Both the position numbers and the translations under genes were made by a program. Source: Basidiobolus meristosporus CBS 931.73 (Eukaryota > Fungi > Basidiobolomycota). From it: a stretch of DNA of 64,000 nt. Where the stretch lies: the NCBI GenBank assembly GCA_002104905.1, contig MCFE01000042.1:1-64000 (forward strand), in the 5' to 3' direction. The stretch's first letter is position 1. Each line of letters starts with the position of its first letter. Positions 60,395-64,000 of the stretch are shown here, piece after piece. A model generated the notes under the pieces. It was not told where the DNA came from, ran no database searches, and saw nothing but the letters and a program-made list of their open reading frames with translations.

Positions 60395-62826
60395 ATGGCG
60401 AGAAAGAGGTCCAGATCTCAAAGTAATAAGGAGCCCACTTATGATGGTGGTGGTAGCTCTGTGCGAGCCATCAACACTTGGGACGATGTTGACCACGATT
60501 CTGAAGACGAATGTAATTAACTGCCTGATTGAATTTTTACGTCAATTGATAGTTTAGAGAATTTGCTAATATGTCCTGTACATAGTTCATGCTGAACGTG
60601 ACCAAGTTCTTTTGGGAAAGGAAGGCTACTCACGCCGCCGAGGTAAGTGATTTTCCAAAGACGAGTGTGATTGTTCTACTGACGAATGAATATCTCTCGC
60701 TCAAGATTCTTCCGATGAGGAGGATGAGGAAGTGTTTGGCTTAGAAGGCGTTAGTGATGACAGCGACGATAGTCAACAAGAGGATGCGGAGGAAGAAGAG
60801 GAAGAGGAGGAGGATGACGATGATAATAACAACGATATGGAGGAGGATGATACTGGTGAGGGTCATTTACTAACAGCCGTGTGCGATAAGTCCTAACGCA
60901 ATATTGTGGGTCTATATAGCATGGGGTCGTAAGAGAACAAGCTATTACAACGCCGACGAAGCCTCTGATGAGGAAGATGCCAAGGAGGAAGAAAAAGAGG
61001 CACTGAGACTTCAGAAGAAGCAGTTAAATGCCATGGAGGAGGATGATTTCATGGATGAATTTGATGATAGCTTCGGCAAAGCTGGTGATAATTTTAGCTC
61101 CAAAGTATCTCTCGAAAAGGTGAGTTATTTGTGCTTGAGAAGTGAAGAAGCTTTTACTCATGTGTGCTGATTCAAAAGGATGTTTCCGAAGATCGTAAGC
61201 TTGTTGACAGCGTCAACCAGGATCTGGATTTGATTTCACTTGGCTCGTACGTAGCTTCTTTATTTGCTGCATTTTGTACAGTGCCGATCTAAATACGAAT
61301 CTGAATGTAGTAACGTAGCTACCGAGACCATCAAAAAGGACATCACCTCAAAACTAACAAAAGCCCAAACCCTCAAACTTCTCCAAAACGAATCTCCAGA
61401 GTTGATTGAGTTGTTGTCAGAGTTCAAAGAAAAACTGGAAGTTAAGGATGAGCTTGAGCCCATCATTCATCTGTATGTTTTCTTACTCCAGGTGCCTATT
61501 CTTCTGAGCATTGTTCTCTAACTTGTTCCTCTGTTGTAGTGCCAAGGAAAAGGGAATTGACAGCTCCATGTCAAAGGCTATGGCTCTATTGGAAGCCAAA
61601 TATCGTATCCTCTTTCGTAAATCCTGTTTGTGTGTGTCGTCTAAATGCGCTCAAATATCCTTAACTTTTACATCCAGAGCTGTTGTTGAACTATCTCTTG
61701 AACACTTCCTTTTATTTCTTGTTGAAGTCTTCTGGCGCACCAGACATCAAAGAGCATCCTGTGATTGATATTCTTGTCAGCCTTAAAACCAACTTAGAAA
61801 AGGTGGAGCAATTGGAAGAAAAGCTACACCAAGACCTCGAGGACTTTGTTGAATTGTTACATAGCAATCTTCTTGATTCTGGTAAGCTAACTCAGAGTAT
61901 CTCCGGCTGTGCGCGTGGGTCGATCCTCACACCAGTTGATATTATAGAAAATGAACAAGAGGAAGAAGAGGAGGAGGAGGACGAGGATGCCGATGAGCAA
62001 GATATTTCTATTGAGAAGCCCTCCTTGGTTGATGACATGGCCGAAGAAGATGAAGATGAGGATATATCAGACGAACAGTCTGAAGAGTCGGAAAAAGAGG
62101 CCAGCTTCGAGGATGATTTCGCTAAAGTTAACAAAGAGCTTAGCACCAAGCTGCGCAAGCGTAAGAAGGTATGGATTGTTGGATTTCAGATATACTTCCA
62201 GTACACTCTAACGTGAACGTTTGGATCAATAGGCGGATAACGACTTTGGTGACCTGGATATTCAAGATATTGAATCCCAATCCACCAAGAAGCGCTCGTT
62301 GAGAGATTATGTAGCCAAGATCAATCAATCTTCCAACAAGCGTGACATTCGTAACAAATTTGCTGGTGATACTGATATTCCCTACAAATCACGTGACAAC
62401 CGTTTCACTAAGACACTGCCCAAGAATATTGGTGGTGGTGATGATGATGACATGGCCGACTTGGGTGTGGATGACAGTGGTGAAGATGATTACTATGAAG
62501 AGGTCAAGGAAGCGCTTGGCAAGAAGCGCCAGGAGAAGGCAGAACAAGCAGCCGCTGCACAAGTTAGAGAAACAGAATGGGTCGACGACACAATTGAAGA
62601 CGGCGACAAGCGACAAATCAATTATGCTATCCTCAAAAACAAGGGTCTCACACCAAGACGCAAGAAGGAGAACCGCAATCCACGTGTCAAGCACAGAAAC
62701 AAGTTCGAAAAGGCCAAGAAGCGCATCAAGTCTATCAAGGCAATTGCCAGTGGCCCCGAAGGAGTGTATTCTGGAGAAAAGACTGGTATCAAGACCAAAT
62801 TGGCCAAGAGTGTCAAGCTCGGTTAA
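60395..62826 (+). CDS. SAS10: SSU processome component Sas10/Utp3, multi-exon
   Basis: Acidic N-terminus, Sas10/Utp3 domain (ESPELIELL, KY|QLLLNYLLNTSFYFLLK, HPVI) and C-terminal Sas10 domain (RQINYAILKNKGLTPRRKKENRNPRVKHRNKFEKA, YSGEKTGIKTKLAKSVKL). Confidence 0.93.
61605..61677 (+). other. U12-type (minor spliceosome) GT-AG intron in SAS10/UTP3
   Basis: 5' splice site GTATCCTC, branch site TCCTTAAC at 61658-61665 (12 nt before the CAG 3' splice site) and no polypyrimidine tract. Splicing gives the in-frame EAKY-Q-LLLNY. Confidence 0.88.
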
Positions 62827-63225
62827 GCCAATCTCTCATTCGTTACTTTCCATCTCTTGCTCACTTACCCTCGTCATTGTCCTATTTCTATCACGCTACT
62901 TACAAGAGCTTGCCAAATCTTCCTTCCTTCATTCACTTCAACTCCCCCTCATGATTACAGCTGCTCTTGGACTAATTTCGCTTGGTCGATGATTGAATTG
63001 GAATTCTTCTTTTCTCGGACACGAGTAAGAAATCTGTAATCTTTGATACTCTCATAATGATTCCTTTGTTATAGACTTTCCCATGAAATAAATTTGCTTT
63101 TTCTGTTTCCCCGTCAACCGCTCTCATTTTCTCATGTATTTATTGTTTTATGTACTGAAATGTTGGACTACTGGCAAGTATTTTAACAATCACTAGTGGG
63201 CTGGTTGTGCCCAACACCATGAACC

Positions 63226-64000
63226 TTACACCGCTTCTTTTGGTCCATCCTCATTCGAAGGAACTGGATTCTTTACATCGGGGTCAGCGAACGGGTCTTC
63301 GAGCAGAGTGGTGTTTCTGGGCTCGCTGGTGCTTTCGTTATCCGTAGGACACTCGGTAGCGTGGATATCCAAGTTGGTCACCCCGTTTTCGAGCTCCTCC
63401 ACCGGCTCTGGGCTGTGGAGCTCCGCAGTCTCACCGGGTGGCGATGAAGTAGCAGTCTTGTTTTGACGCTGTAGAGCTTCTCGGGCCTCGCGCTGTGCTT
63501 GCTTTTCGTGGCGCTCGCGCTCCTCACGCTCTTGCTCTTCGATAATGCTTTGGCGAATCGCCTCCATGACCATCATCTCCTCCAGATCTCCCCCCATGTG
63601 GCGCAAGTAGCCGTTGTGTTCATGTGTACCGCTGGGGTTACGATTGCTGCCGCTGGGGGTTCGGGGGATGACCAAACGACGGGAGGTGTTCGAACCCTCC
63701 CCAGAAAGAAGACGAGCAGCGTTGGCTATGGTGCGAGCTTGGATTTCGAGACGACGGGCGTAATCGGGGCGAATATCATCTTTGAAGAGAGGGTGAGTTA
63801 CGGCCTCGAAATCAACCGAACCGTGCGAGTAACTGCTTACCACTAGTAACAACATCTGGGTGATTATAGTTGACAGACTTTCGACGGTGATCTTCATCAT
63901 TTGAGTCCGAACTGGCGTTCTGGTTTGGCATGGTGGGTCTCTAAATGGCAGTGTAGTTGAGGTACCGGTCAGCGTAAAGAGATGGAGCAAGTGTAAACCA
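63226..64000 (-). CDS. 3' part of a Sip5/DA2-like protein, truncated by the window edge
   Basis: GGDLEEMMVMEAIRQSIIEEQERE matches the recalled DLEEMMxMEAIRxS motif of Sip5-like proteins. The N-terminal RING is not in the window. Confidence 0.55.
   Translation of the reverse strand, partial: GLHLLHLFTLTGTSTTLPFRDPPCQTRTPVRTQMMKITVESLSTIITQMLLLVVSSYSHGSVDFEAVTHPLFKDDIRPDYARRLEIQARTIANAARLLSGEGSNTSRRLVIPRTPSGSNRNPSGTHEHNGYLRHMGGDLEEMMVMEAIRQSIIEEQEREERERHEKQAQREAREALQRQNKTATSSPPGETAELHSPEPVEELENGVTNLDIHATECPTDNESTSEPRNTTLLEDPFADPDVKNPVPSNEDGPKEAV

Overview
This is eukaryotic, intron-rich fungal genomic DNA. The gene set and intron signals (a U12-type minor intron, an Integrator-like subunit, NoxR, Vam7, a CBM19-like domain, short GT-AG introns with CTRAY branch sites) point to an early-diverging, non-Dikarya fungus; a Basidiobolus-like Zoopagomycota/Mucoromycota lineage is my inference only. 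Bases 1-18 kb are an accessory, AT-rich, rearranged region. It holds three near-identical copies of a signal-peptide-bearing YcaC-type (isochorismatase-family) hydrolase, a DHA2-type MFS transporter, two duplicated BBE-like FAD-oxidase pseudogenes, a degenerate piggyBac-like transposase and a possible older FAD-oxidase remnant. Bases 18-29 kb hold VAM7, a small PP1-docking-motif ORF and two tandem Thr/Asn-rich secreted proteins with C-terminal CBM19-like domains. Bases 29-64 kb are a dense housekeeping block: an orphan membrane protein, a presequence-bearing NDK, a CBM21 PP1 subunit, a metallophosphoesterase, NOP4, a 16-intron Gfo/Idh/MocA oxidoreductase, an INTS10-like gene, UBR1, NoxR, a SUN protein, SAS10/UTP3 and a truncated Sip5-like gene. 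The top signals are a textbook U12 intron in SAS10/UTP3, a candidate AT-AC intron in NOP4, an INTS10-like gene, and the amplified secreted YcaC with only synonymous differences between copies. Many isolated 1-bp indels in otherwise conserved genes suggest consensus errors, so frameshift-based pseudogene calls are uncertain. All homology statements come from my recall of family motifs, not from database searches.
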